This document shows positions 7,638 through 17,902 of a DNA stretch of 64,000 nt, piece by piece. Source of the DNA: an uncultured Alphaproteobacteria bacterium (lineage in GTDB: Bacteria > Pseudomonadota > Alphaproteobacteria > RF32 > CAG-239); NCBI GenBank assembly GCA_944392315.1, contig CALXWH010000001.1:64703-128702 (forward strand), read 5' to 3'. A program made the position numbers and the translations under genes. The first letter of the stretch is position 1; every line of letters begins with the position of its first letter. The notes beneath the pieces were generated by a model. That model was not told where the DNA came from. It did not search any database and worked only from the letters and a program-made list of their open reading frames with translations.

Positions 7638-8939
7638 ATGTGGAAAAAAGTATTATCCTTTCTTTTGGTTTCTTGTTTTTTATGCCAGACGGCTTTTGCC
7701 GGAATTAAAAGTGTTGAAGAACAGCGCAAAGAGTGGGATGAGTGGCTCAGTAATCTCAAGCAGGAAATGATTGACAAAGGTATTTCTAAGAAAACTATTG
7801 ATGAAGCCTACAAAAATGATTATTTTCATGAAGTTAAACAAGTTGAAATTCAAGACAAGAAACAAGCTGAATTTATTTTAACTTCGGATAAATACATCAA
7901 TAAGCTCATCACGGCCAATAAAGTCAAAAAAGCTCGTGAACTCTATAAAGAGCTCAAGCCTAAATACCAAAAAGTCAGCGAACAATATGGCGTTCCGCTT
8001 AATTATCTGATTGCTTTTTGGGCAGTGGAAACGCATTTTGGTTATAACAAAGGTAAATATCACCTTATTGATGGGCTGACAAACTTAAGCTACAAGAATC
8101 GTCGGGCAAAATTTTTTAAGCGTGAGCTTTATCATGTTTTGCTGATTATGGATGAATATGGGCTCAGTGATGATAAGATGATGGGTTCTTGGGCCGGCGC
8201 TATGGGACACTTTCAATTTATACCTTCAACTTATAACGCTTATGCCATAGATTATGACGGCGACGGGGTTGCGGATATTTGGGATAGTTTTGATGATGCG
8301 ATTGCATCGGCTGCAAACTACCTTTCTAAACTCGGATGGAAAGCAGATGAACCTTGGGGGCAAGAAGTTAAACTCCCTTGGAATTTTGATTACAATCTTA
8401 TCGGGCCTAAAAAATTTAAAACCGTTAAAGAATGGAAAAAGATTGGGGTCTTTAGTGCAAATGGTAAAGGTATAAAACTTCCGGATAATGCTCCGGCGAC
8501 CGTTATTCTTCCTGATGGACGACGTGGAAGAGCTTATTTGGTTCTTAGTAACTTCCGCAGAATTATGATTTGGAATCGTTCTACCAACTATGCTTTAGCT
8601 ATTGTGACGTTGGCTGATTATATCGGCAACAACTCTCCTTATCATGCGCTTCGTGAAAAGCCTTATTATAAGTTAACTAATGAGGATATTTTGGCAGTAC
8701 AGCACTTTGCTAATCGGGTCTTAAAATCTCACCTCAAAGAAGATGGAAGATTAGGAACACAAACATCTCAAGCCGTTAAGAAACTTCAAAAAAAGTGGAA
8801 ACTTCCTCAAGACGGCATGCCTGACTATGCTCTTTTAAATAAAATCAAAAATTATAAATCTCGTGCAGATTTTATGGCTCCTCCACAGCCAAAGAAACCT
8901 CATACACCGAAAAAGACGAATAAGAAAGCTCATCCATAA
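7638..8939 (+). CDS. Lytic murein transglycosylase (MltB/Slt35 type) with C-terminal peptidoglycan-binding domain
   Basis: Signal peptide MWKKVLSFLLVSCFLCQTAFAG. Catalytic region AFWAVETHFG and GAMGHFQFIPSTY. PG_binding_1-like LKEDGRLGTQTSQAVKKLQKKWKLPQDGMPD. Lys/Pro tail. Confidence 0.85.
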   Translation: MWKKVLSFLLVSCFLCQTAFAGIKSVEEQRKEWDEWLSNLKQEMIDKGISKKTIDEAYKNDYFHEVKQVEIQDKKQAEFILTSDKYINKLITANKVKKARELYKELKPKYQKVSEQYGVPLNYLIAFWAVETHFGYNKGKYHLIDGLTNLSYKNRRAKFFKRELYHVLLIMDEYGLSDDKMMGSWAGAMGHFQFIPSTYNAYAIDYDGDGVADIWDSFDDAIASAANYLSKLGWKADEPWGQEVKLPWNFDYNLIGPKKFKTVKEWKKIGVFSANGKGIKLPDNAPATVILPDGRRGRAYLVLSNFRRIMIWNRSTNYALAIVTLADYIGNNSPYHALREKPYYKLTNEDILAVQHFANRVLKSHLKEDGRLGTQTSQAVKKLQKKWKLPQDGMPDYALLNKIKNYKSRADFMAPPQPKKPHTPKKTNKKAHP

Positions 8940-8968
8940 CTTTTCTTATTCGTCTGATTTCGTTTAAC

Positions 8969-10282
8969 TCATGCTATTTTTCTTAAAATCACCGGTGTCT
9001 TTTCCGAAGCTTCGTCTGAAATTTGTATTGCTTTGCGGATAACATCCGATACTTCTTTAATGGCGTCCTTATCCTCTGCATGAATATAGCACAATGGTGT
9101 TTTGGGGGTTACTTTATCGCCTATTTGGCAAAATTCCGTAAACCCTGTCGTATAGTTAATTTGTTGCTCCGGACGTGTTCTTCCGCCACCCAGCATGATA
9201 ACACCTAAACCTACTTTCCGCGTATTGATGCTTGTTACATAACCGGATATTTCCGGATAAATTGCCTCAACATACGGCGCTTGCGATTTCTTTTGTTCAT
9301 AATTATCAAGAACATCCATATCTGCGCCAAGCATAGCCGCCATTTTGCAAAAATGCTCATACGCTGCTCCGGTTGAAATACTTTGTCTCAATTTGGTTTC
9401 TGCTTCCTTATCATCCTTGGCTATTTGACTGTTTATCAGCAATTCTTTACAAAGAGCCATCGTTACCGTATCCAAGCGTTCATCTGCTTTATTGCCTTGC
9501 AAATATTCTATTGCTTCCGTTAGCTCTAATGCGTTTCCAACAGTCTTTCCCAACACACTGTTCATGTCTGTTAGAAGAGCGGATGTTTTTGTGCCCGCTC
9601 CATGGGCTACGTCTACAATAGAATAGGCTAATTCTGATGCTCTCTGCATATTTTCCATAAATGCGCCATTGCCGCACTTAATATCCATTACCAAATACTG
9701 CAATCCTGCCGCTAATTTCTTAGATAATATTGAAGCTGTGATTAACGGGATTGACTCAACCGTGGCACAAACATCTCGGATAGCATATAATTTTTTATCT
9801 GCCGGCGCTAAATCGGCTGTTTGTCCGATAATGGCACATCCAGCCTCTTTCACGGCTTTTTTAAATGTTGCTATATCTACGCTTGTTTTATAGCCTTTTA
9901 AGGAATCTAGCTTGTCCAGAGTTCCTCCCGTATGTCCTAATCCTCTGCCGGCAATCATCGGAACATAGGCTCCGCAAGCCGCCAGCATCGGTGCTAGCAT
10001 CAAACTTACTTTATCCCCTACGCCACCGGTTGAATGTTTATCAACGATTGGCTTATCGGTTAGCTCTTTCCATTCTAACTTTTCGCCGGAATCTCTCATA
10101 GCTAAAGTCAAAGCCAAAGTTTCTTCTCGGCTCAGACCGTTTAAGAATATCGCCATACTCCAAGATGCGGCTTGAATATCTGCGATTTCGCCAGAAGTCA
10201 TTTTTTGAATAAAATATTGAATTTCTTCTGCACTCAAACGTTCATGATTTCTGGTTTTTCGGATAATTTCTTGGGGCAACAT
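8969..10282 (-). CDS. deoA: Thymidine / pyrimidine-nucleoside phosphorylase
   Basis: 437 aa; KHSTGGVGDK and an N-terminal helical domain (EIIRKTRNHERLSAEEIQYFI). Confidence 0.9.
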   Translation of the reverse strand: MLPQEIIRKTRNHERLSAEEIQYFIQKMTSGEIADIQAASWSMAIFLNGLSREETLALTLAMRDSGEKLEWKELTDKPIVDKHSTGGVGDKVSLMLAPMLAACGAYVPMIAGRGLGHTGGTLDKLDSLKGYKTSVDIATFKKAVKEAGCAIIGQTADLAPADKKLYAIRDVCATVESIPLITASILSKKLAAGLQYLVMDIKCGNGAFMENMQRASELAYSIVDVAHGAGTKTSALLTDMNSVLGKTVGNALELTEAIEYLQGNKADERLDTVTMALCKELLINSQIAKDDKEAETKLRQSISTGAAYEHFCKMAAMLGADMDVLDNYEQKKSQAPYVEAIYPEISGYVTSINTRKVGLGVIMLGGGRTRPEQQINYTTGFTEFCQIGDKVTPKTPLCYIHAEDKDAIKEVSDVIRKAIQISDEASEKTPVILRKIA

Positions 10283-10285
10283 CGC

Positions 10286-11101
10286 TTATTCCTCCTCTTT
10301 AATAAATTCTGTAACCAAGGCACTTAAACGCTCTGATGCTTTATCGGCCTCTGCTAAGGTTTCTTGATGTGTCGGCGTATTATTGACTAATCCAGCCGCA
10401 TAATTCGTTATAACGGATATGCCTAAAACTTCCATTCCGCAATGTGTGGCGGCTATTACTTCCGGAACCGTAGACATACCTACGGCATCACCTCCCAATA
10501 TTCCAAAAGCTTTAACTTCTGCCGCAGTTTCAAAATTTGGGCCCATCACCATAAAGTATGTTCCTTCAGTTATCGGAATATCCATTTTATGAGCTATAAT
10601 CTTGCACTTATTCCGCAGATGTTCCGTATAGGCATTATTCATTGCAGGAAACCTTGGACCATACGCATCGTCATTGGGGCCTATCAGCGGATTTTGAGCA
10701 CTGAAATTTATATGATCTTTTATTATCATCAACGTTCCCGGTGCCATATCACGACGCAATGAACCTGCTGCATTGGTTACAATCAAGCGTTTAATACCCA
10801 AATTTTTTAGCACTCTTACTACGCGGGCGATTGTTTGCGGCTTGTGCCCCTCGTATAGATGGAATCTACCGTTTAAACAAATTATTTCCTTATTACCGAT
10901 ATAACCATGTATCAGCTCCCCTTTATGCCCGCTGACGCTGGTTTGCGGAAAATCTGTTATATCTTTATACTTCAAACTTTGTTGATTTTCTAATTTTTGC
11001 GTAAATCCACTCAATCCAGACCCTAATATAACCGCTGTTTCAGGCTGCTTTAAGGCTAATTTTTCACGAATTTCCGCGGCGATTTCTTTTTCATTTTTCA
11101 T
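10286..11101 (-). CDS. punA: Purine nucleoside phosphorylase (trimeric PNP/MTAP family)
   Basis: Motifs GSGLSGF, GRFHLYEGH, VTNAAGSL and VGMSTVPEV. Lies 3 nt upstream of deoA. Confidence 0.85.
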   Translation of the reverse strand: MKNEKEIAAEIREKLALKQPETAVILGSGLSGFTQKLENQQSLKYKDITDFPQTSVSGHKGELIHGYIGNKEIICLNGRFHLYEGHKPQTIARVVRVLKNLGIKRLIVTNAAGSLRRDMAPGTLMIIKDHINFSAQNPLIGPNDDAYGPRFPAMNNAYTEHLRNKCKIIAHKMDIPITEGTYFMVMGPNFETAAEVKAFGILGGDAVGMSTVPEVIAATHCGMEVLGISVITNYAAGLVNNTPTHQETLAEADKASERLSALVTEFIKEEE

Positions 11102-11498
11102 TTGACAGTCCTTCCTCCTTGAATGCGTATGGTAACAAATCTTTTAGATAATGGGTTTCTTGTATACCTTGTTTATCCGCTACGTATATAATTGTTCTGG
11201 GATTTGAAAATTCGGCAATTCTTTGTAAACAAGCGCCACAGGGATACACTAAGTTTTTTCCGAAAGACACGACGAGCAGCGCTTCTATGGTTTTATCTCC
11301 TCCGGCTATCATAGATGCTATTGCTCCGGCTTCAGCGCACGTTCCGCATGGATAAGAAATATTTTCTACATTGCATCCGACATAATATCTTCCCTCTTCT
11401 GATAATAAGGCGGCTCCGACTTTATATTGAGAATATGGAGCGTATGCTTTTTCCCTTATCTCCAATGCTTTTTCATATAGTTTTTGCTTTGTATCCAT
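11091..11498 (-). CDS. cdd: Cytidine deaminase
   Basis: Zinc motifs CAEAGAI and PCGACLQRI. The start at 11498 (MDTKQ) is preferred because AAGGA then lies 9 nt upstream; the ORF-track start at 11507 has zero spacing. Overlaps punA by 11 nt. Confidence 0.9.
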   Translation of the reverse strand: MDTKQKLYEKALEIREKAYAPYSQYKVGAALLSEEGRYYVGCNVENISYPCGTCAEAGAIASMIAGGDKTIEALLVVSFGKNLVYPCGACLQRIAEFSNPRTIIYVADKQGIQETHYLKDLLPYAFKEEGLSNEK

Positions 11499-11621
11499 AA
11501 AAAACATTCCTTTTTTAATATTTTTACAAAAAATCTGTGAAAATTATCGTTTCGTTAATTTTTTATAATATACAATAACAAAAAAATTTAGCAAAGTTTA
11601 TTTTTATTTTAGGAGAAAATC

Positions 11622-14600
11622 GTGCTAAAAAAGATTATTGTCGGTATTTTGTGTTTTGTCATCTTAGCTGCCACAGGGGGCGGTATCTATATCTATACCT
11701 TAGATTGGAATAAACACAAAACACTTGTTGCACAACGTTTTTCACAAATTACAGGGCTTAAAGCGGTTATTGAGGGTAATTTGAACGTTAAATTATTCCC
11801 TTCTCCTAAATTTTCTGCAAGCAAAGTTAAATTTTTCCCATCCACCGGTGGAAAAACACCTTTGGTTATTGTTAATGATTTGACGGCTAATGTTGATTTA
11901 ATGCCCCTGCTTGATAATAATTTTGTTGTTAAATCTATGACATTATCTAAAGCAACTGCTTTTGTTGAAATTAACGAAAAAGGTGTCAGCAACTGGGATG
12001 GCGTTGGAAAAAATACTAGTAACAAATCCGGAAATATTGAAGTTTCTTTTAATGATGTTCAAGTTTCAAGCTCTACTTTGAGCTATAAAAATCTTCAAGA
12101 TAACTCTCAATTTGATATTAACAATGTTTCTGCAAATATTTCTGCTCCGGCTTTATCTGGTCCATATAAGACAAGCGGAAAATTTATCCATAATAATAGC
12201 GAAATCCGCTTTAAAGGCGATATTGCCAAAAACAAAGGTCTGGTTCTTAAAACAGAATTAACGAATGCCAGCAGTGGTTCTAAAGTTACTTTAGATGGGA
12301 CATTTGGCGAAACGGCCAAAGGTACTGTTACCTTAGATACACGTAATTTCTTTGATCTTTCTAACATTATTTGGGGTAAAGATGCTATTTCTGATAGATA
12401 TAGCAAGCCTTTATTCGTGTCTTTCCAGTATAATCTTGACAAGGCGTTACTTAAACTTGATAATTTTACAACTAAATTTGATAAAAATACTGCCGGCAGC
12501 GGTACCGTTATTATCAATAAAGGAGCAGAAATTCCTCAAATTAACGCCTCTTTTGATTTAACAAAGTTTGATTTAAATATTTTTGAAGATTTGGCTCAAG
12601 ATATTATTAAATATACGGCTTCTGGCAAAAAATTTGCAGAATCTCCTTTTGCTGGTTATGACTTTAGCCTATCAGCAAAGGCTGCATCGGCTTGGTATAA
12701 CGATGTGGAAGCTCGTAACTTGACGATGGCGTTTAATCTTAAACAAAATATACTGGATATTACACGTTTTGGGGTTGTTATGCCGGGAGAATCTATTCTT
12801 AAAACTGTTGGTAGAATCAATCTCAATAATGGTATTGAATATATGTTCAATCAGGCTTTTGATACTAAAGATTTACGTACATTTGCTTCTGTTTTTAATA
12901 TTGATTTGGCAAAACTTGCTTCGGCCGATAATAAAAAGGCTATTTTTAAACGTGCAGAAGCTGATGTGAAAATTGTGGGCAATCTTGACAGTATTAAGAT
13001 TTCTCTGCCTAAAGCCTCTATTGACGCTACGGACTTTCATGGAAATCTCGGCGTTGTTAAAAAGGATAAAATTTATGTTTTGGCAGATATGGACGCTTCT
13101 AAAATTATCCTTGATAAATATTTATTGGGAATACCCGATAATTTAAAGAATGCACCGTTAAAAGATAAATTTGTTTATCAAATGAACTTACTACCTTGGA
13201 ACAGAGATTTTAATGTTGATGCCGAAATCAGTATCGCTAGTCTGGTTTATAATGATGTTCCGATGGAAAAACTCTATTTACATTTTACCTCTGAGAAAGA
13301 TACCTTAAAAGTTAATGACATGTCTATCGCTAACTTGGCTGGGGCTGATGTTAATCTTAAAATGGATGCTCAAAGTATTTTTACCTCACCTCAGTTTAAT
13401 GAGCTTAGCTTTGATGTTAAAACAGATAATCTTCCGTTATTTACCTCAACATTAGGTATTGATACCGGTAATAAGGGACTATTTAAGAGAAAACTTTTTG
13501 CTTTGCAAGGTGCTCTTAGCGGGCGTTTTGATGAATTTAGTTTAAGTTCTGTGCAAAAATTTGGTGATACCGAATTTGCTTATACAGGTGTTGTTCGCAA
13601 TGATAATAAAAATCCTATTACTATCAATGGTGATTTAGAGCTCAAAACTAATAATTTTAACTTGTTCGTCAAAGCTCTGGGATTAAATTATTCAGCTGAT
13701 ATTCCTGTTACGACGTTTGCTCTTTCTTCAAAGATCAAAGGTTCTAATAAATTATTTGCTTTGGATACGCTAAATGCTTATTTGGGAGCTAATGCGATTA
13801 AGGGCTCATTGCAATTTGACAATACAGGGTTAAAGCCAATCTTAAAATCTAACTTATCTTTTGATAGATTTGATGCCGATAGATGGTTTAATCTGAATAA
13901 ACATTTCGCTGCAGCTCCAGTAGCACAAAACACTGATACTTTTTTGGCTAACGGATTTTCTGATAAAAAAATTGATTACTCGGCTCTGGCTAAAATTGAT
14001 TTTGATATAGATGTTGTTGCAAATCAATTGACTTTCCGGGGAAAAACTTATTCTGGGGCTAAAACTAAACTTTTCTTAAAAGATAGTTTATTGAAGGTTT
14101 CTTCTTTTGATGCAACTATTGATAAGACTCTTATCAATTTCCGTTTTGACTTGAATGCGGGGGATATGCCCAGAATTGATGGATACTTTAATGTTAAAGA
14201 CTTAAAAATCCCCGGTTTTGGCGGTTCTATGTACGCTTTTGAAGAAGGTTGTCTCACGGCTGAGGGAACTTTTAATTCTGCGGCTTCGTCCGAAAAGGAT
14301 TTTTTTGAAAACTTGAACTCAAAAGGTAAATTATCTTTGGCTAATACGGCTATTCGCGGGTGGGACTTAGATATTATCAAATTTGAACTGGAACAAAGAA
14401 AGTCTCTTGCCGGGTTTGAAGATACCGTTGCAAATAGCTTAAAATCCGGTAAAAGTAGTTTTTCAAGAATTAGAGGTGCTTATAATATCAGCAAAGGTTT
14501 TGTTGTCGCTGATAGTGTGATTTGGGAATCTCCTGTTGTTAATATGAATATGAAGTTTGACTTAAACTTGAGCGACTGGATATTTAATGCGGTCTTTAAC

Positions 14601-16919
14601 GCAGTTTATCATAACGCATCTTTCTCTGATATTCTTAAATTTACTTTTGATGGAAATTTAGCTAATCCGAAACTTACATTGGATTTGGAAGAAAGTATTA
14701 AGCGTATTGGTGATATTGAAGATAAAATTAAAAATGCTCGTCAATATAAAGAAAAAGCTAAAATGGAAAAAATTGGCGATAAGTTGAAAGCCCTGCAAAG
14801 AGCTGTTGATGGAGCCCTTCAAGATATTAACCGCTTAACCCTTGAGGTTGTCCGGTTTAAACCCGTAACGCAAAATGAAAATGTTGTGTCTGTTTATCAA
14901 GATAACCTTAAAACTATTTCTCAAGCAGAAATCAATATTAAAAAAATGAAAGATCAGCTCAATAACTATCCAGATGAAGAAACTTTGATGAATATTGAAT
15001 CTGAACTGGGAGCAGAAAAGGCTAAACTAAAGTATATTCCTAAAGTTTTGGAAGAAAACTATGTTGTAGATAGCAAATATATCTTTGATGATACCTTTAA
15101 TAAAATTGCTTGGATATATAACTTATCACAAAATAACTATGCTTATCATCGTAGCTTAACAGATGTTTATATGGCTCAGGTTGAACTCTTAAACTCCAGT
15201 ACAACGCCTGTTAGCGAAGAAAATGTTAAAAAACTTCAAGATGGTTTGGATAAAACTAAAGAAATTATGGATAACATGAGTGAACTCCATAGTAAAATCA
15301 GAGACAATTACTTAAATATTATTGATTCCGTTAAAGTTTCGCAGATGAAGGAAAATAACGAAATTGCTCATCAAGCTCTGGAAACCTTGTTGACCTACTC
15401 TAAACAGCTTTATAACGATATTGTCATTAATATTGATGATTTCCGGGCAATTTTGAGTATTACTTCTAGAGATTATGATCAGTATATGCTCTATCCACCT
15501 GAAACAACTGCAGACATTGATATCAAGCAGCCCACACTAAAAACAGGTAGCGGTGTTGCATTGCCTAAAAACGATAATCATCCTGAAGAAGTTGAACCTA
15601 AATCAGATACAATTTCTCCTGCAGAAGACGAAAAAACTACGGAAACATCTAAAGTTTCCACATCTTCAACCTTAAAAACAGATGCTGATAAAAAAAAAGA
15701 GTCATTTAGTATAGCTCTCCAAGCTAATGCTGCTAATGGTTTATCAGATGTTTTAGGGCAATTGAAAAATAGAAAGAAACTTGACAAAGGTATTCAAGTT
15801 GCATCTAATTTAGATTTTGGCGGTTTGTCCGGAATTTTTAAGAGTAATATCAATACCGAAACGAGCAAGACTATCTCTTCTTCTGATATTTCTTCAAAAA
15901 CTTTAGCGGACAGCCCCTCTTCTTCTAAAGCTAATACTTCTTTAAAAGATATAGCCGAAAATTCTGTGACAAACAATGTGGCTACACCTAAAGAAGAAAA
16001 AACTATTGTTACAGCTAAAAAAAATATCACAGAAAAAAAAGATACGAGTAACATTACTGCAAATACTTCTAAATTTCAAATTTCTGCGCATGATGATAAC
16101 ATTTTAGCCAAGACTAAAGCAGCTATCACAAAAATTCTTGCTAAGGTCAAAAAACAAGAAAAAGCTTTGGAAAAAGATTTTGCTGAAAATAATGTTAAAA
16201 ATATGAGTAAATTACCTATTAAAGCTAATGATAAGCCGAAAGAAATAGCAGAACTTTCTGCTGTAACAAAATCTTCAAATACACTTGTTGCTGATGTTCA
16301 AAATATTCCAACTTTACCTTCTGTTCAAAATAATGTAGATGAAAAGAAGTCTGTCCCATCTTCTCTTAAGGTAAATCCTGTTATAGCACTCAATATAGGG
16401 AAAGAAGATGCTTCTAAATTTGCATCAGTTTCTCTTCCTCAAATAACCACTAAAGGCAAGTTTAAAAAGGTATCCAATAAATCAAATAACAAAAATGCAT
16501 ATCCAACAGTGCTTTCTGCCGCTCAAATTGATAAATTTTCAAATTTTATTGATGAGGCTATAAACGGTGAAAAAAAAGTAGAGCCGGATAATACTTCTGC
16601 TTTGTTAGATATTTTACCTCGTCCGCAGCATACCTCACCTGCCGATGATGTTAATAATCTAACAGATGCTGCTCTGGTTGCCGTTAGTGACCTCTCTTAC
16701 GAAAAAGAAGATACTTCTCATCATGATAACCTCTATGTCATCAAAAATACAACGCCTTTCTCCTCTGAGCTAAGCGGCCAGGTTGGTAAAGAAATGCTAA
16801 AGGATATTCACATTAGCTCGCCTGTCAAGCCTCAACAAAAATATCTTTTTGCTGTCAATACATCTTTTTCTGCACCAACAACTGGACAAGTTGCAAAGAA
16901 ATTCTCTTTAGCTGATTAG
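11622..16919 (+). CDS. AsmA-family outer-membrane biogenesis protein, unusually long (1765 aa) with helical and Ser/Thr/Lys-rich C-terminal extension
   Basis: GTG start with AGGAG 6 nt upstream. N-terminal anchor KIIVGILCFVILAATGGGIYIY is followed by the AsmA-type DWNKHKTLVAQRFSQITGLKAVIEGNLNVKLFPSPKF. The beta-rich core runs to about aa 1000. Confidence 0.8.
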   Translation: MLKKIIVGILCFVILAATGGGIYIYTLDWNKHKTLVAQRFSQITGLKAVIEGNLNVKLFPSPKFSASKVKFFPSTGGKTPLVIVNDLTANVDLMPLLDNNFVVKSMTLSKATAFVEINEKGVSNWDGVGKNTSNKSGNIEVSFNDVQVSSSTLSYKNLQDNSQFDINNVSANISAPALSGPYKTSGKFIHNNSEIRFKGDIAKNKGLVLKTELTNASSGSKVTLDGTFGETAKGTVTLDTRNFFDLSNIIWGKDAISDRYSKPLFVSFQYNLDKALLKLDNFTTKFDKNTAGSGTVIINKGAEIPQINASFDLTKFDLNIFEDLAQDIIKYTASGKKFAESPFAGYDFSLSAKAASAWYNDVEARNLTMAFNLKQNILDITRFGVVMPGESILKTVGRINLNNGIEYMFNQAFDTKDLRTFASVFNIDLAKLASADNKKAIFKRAEADVKIVGNLDSIKISLPKASIDATDFHGNLGVVKKDKIYVLADMDASKIILDKYLLGIPDNLKNAPLKDKFVYQMNLLPWNRDFNVDAEISIASLVYNDVPMEKLYLHFTSEKDTLKVNDMSIANLAGADVNLKMDAQSIFTSPQFNELSFDVKTDNLPLFTSTLGIDTGNKGLFKRKLFALQGALSGRFDEFSLSSVQKFGDTEFAYTGVVRNDNKNPITINGDLELKTNNFNLFVKALGLNYSADIPVTTFALSSKIKGSNKLFALDTLNAYLGANAIKGSLQFDNTGLKPILKSNLSFDRFDADRWFNLNKHFAAAPVAQNTDTFLANGFSDKKIDYSALAKIDFDIDVVANQLTFRGKTYSGAKTKLFLKDSLLKVSSFDATIDKTLINFRFDLNAGDMPRIDGYFNVKDLKIPGFGGSMYAFEEGCLTAEGTFNSAASSEKDFFENLNSKGKLSLANTAIRGWDLDIIKFELEQRKSLAGFEDTVANSLKSGKSSFSRIRGAYNISKGFVVADSVIWESPVVNMNMKFDLNLSDWIFNAVFNAVYHNASFSDILKFTFDGNLANPKLTLDLEESIKRIGDIEDKIKNARQYKEKAKMEKIGDKLKALQRAVDGALQDINRLTLEVVRFKPVTQNENVVSVYQDNLKTISQAEINIKKMKDQLNNYPDEETLMNIESELGAEKAKLKYIPKVLEENYVVDSKYIFDDTFNKIAWIYNLSQNNYAYHRSLTDVYMAQVELLNSSTTPVSEENVKKLQDGLDKTKEIMDNMSELHSKIRDNYLNIIDSVKVSQMKENNEIAHQALETLLTYSKQLYNDIVINIDDFRAILSITSRDYDQYMLYPPETTADIDIKQPTLKTGSGVALPKNDNHPEEVEPKSDTISPAEDEKTTETSKVSTSSTLKTDADKKKESFSIALQANAANGLSDVLGQLKNRKKLDKGIQVASNLDFGGLSGIFKSNINTETSKTISSSDISSKTLADSPSSSKANTSLKDIAENSVTNNVATPKEEKTIVTAKKNITEKKDTSNITANTSKFQISAHDDNILAKTKAAITKILAKVKKQEKALEKDFAENNVKNMSKLPIKANDKPKEIAELSAVTKSSNTLVADVQNIPTLPSVQNNVDEKKSVPSSLKVNPVIALNIGKEDASKFASVSLPQITTKGKFKKVSNKSNNKNAYPTVLSAAQIDKFSNFIDEAINGEKKVEPDNTSALLDILPRPQHTSPADDVNNLTDAALVAVSDLSYEKEDTSHHDNLYVIKNTTPFSSELSGQVGKEMLKDIHISSPVKPQQKYLFAVNTSFSAPTTGQVAKKFSLAD

Positions 16920-17008
16920 TTGTGCTTGTTGTTAAATCATTTTTATAATTGATTATCTCTTCTTTTCAGTATAGCTTAGTGCATATTTAATATGGCAAGG
17001 AGATGATT

Positions 17009-17902
17009 ATGTTTGCAAGACCTGAAGTTGTTGTATTGCCGGTCGCCGGTTTATCTACGCGAAACCTTCCTGCTACAAAAGCGATGCACAAAGGTTTTTT
17101 ATGCTTAAACAATTTACCGATTATTCAGTATGCTGTTGATACCTGTGCTGAAGCGGGTGTTAAGGAAGTTATTTTTGTTTATAGCGATGAAACTTGTCGG
17201 AGTATGTATGAGCATTACTTTTCTCCTAATAAGAAACTTGAAGAACGTTTGCTCAGAAATGATAAGCTAGAATTATGGGAGGCTCTTAAAAGAACAGTTC
17301 CGGCCGGTATGAAATTTTCTTTTGCTTGTCAAGATGAACCTAAAGGAAATGGTCATGCTATTCTTTGTGCGAAAGAAATTATCGGTAAACGCGATTTTAT
17401 GGTTATGTGGGTTGATGATGTTTATGTTTGTCGTGGGCAAGGTATTTTATCACAATTGCTTGATGTTTATGAGCGTTTCGGCGGTATGGTTGAAAATGTT
17501 ATCAAATTCCCTAAAGATCAACTTTCTCGCTACGGCGTTTTAACCGGTGTTACTTGCGAGAATAATGTTATTTTGGCAAAAGGCGTTGTAGAAAAGCCAA
17601 AAATGGAAGAGATTGATTCTGACTACGCCAGCATGGGACCGTATGTTTTACCTAACCTTATTCTGGATTTGTTGCCACAGGTTACTAAAGGTTCTAATGG
17701 TGAAATCAATCTTACAGATGCCATTAACCTTGCCGCACAGCAAGGATGCCCGCTCAGAGGTGTTTTAACAACCGCTGAACGCTATGATTGCGGAACTAAT
17801 GAAGAACTGGCTAAATCAAATATTCGTCTTTCCATCCGCGAAAATAAAGTCCTTTATGACGAGGCTGTACGAACCATTAAAGAACTTAACCAGCAACTTT
17901 AA
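17009..17902 (+). CDS. galU: UTP--glucose-1-phosphate uridylyltransferase-like nucleotidyltransferase
   Basis: VLPVAGLSTRNLPATKA corresponds to the GalU motif G-x-G-T-R-x-LP-x-TK. AAGGAG lies 6 nt upstream of ATG 17009. The motif is somewhat divergent. Confidence 0.7.
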   Translation: MFARPEVVVLPVAGLSTRNLPATKAMHKGFLCLNNLPIIQYAVDTCAEAGVKEVIFVYSDETCRSMYEHYFSPNKKLEERLLRNDKLELWEALKRTVPAGMKFSFACQDEPKGNGHAILCAKEIIGKRDFMVMWVDDVYVCRGQGILSQLLDVYERFGGMVENVIKFPKDQLSRYGVLTGVTCENNVILAKGVVEKPKMEEIDSDYASMGPYVLPNLILDLLPQVTKGSNGEINLTDAINLAAQQGCPLRGVLTTAERYDCGTNEELAKSNIRLSIRENKVLYDEAVRTIKELNQQL

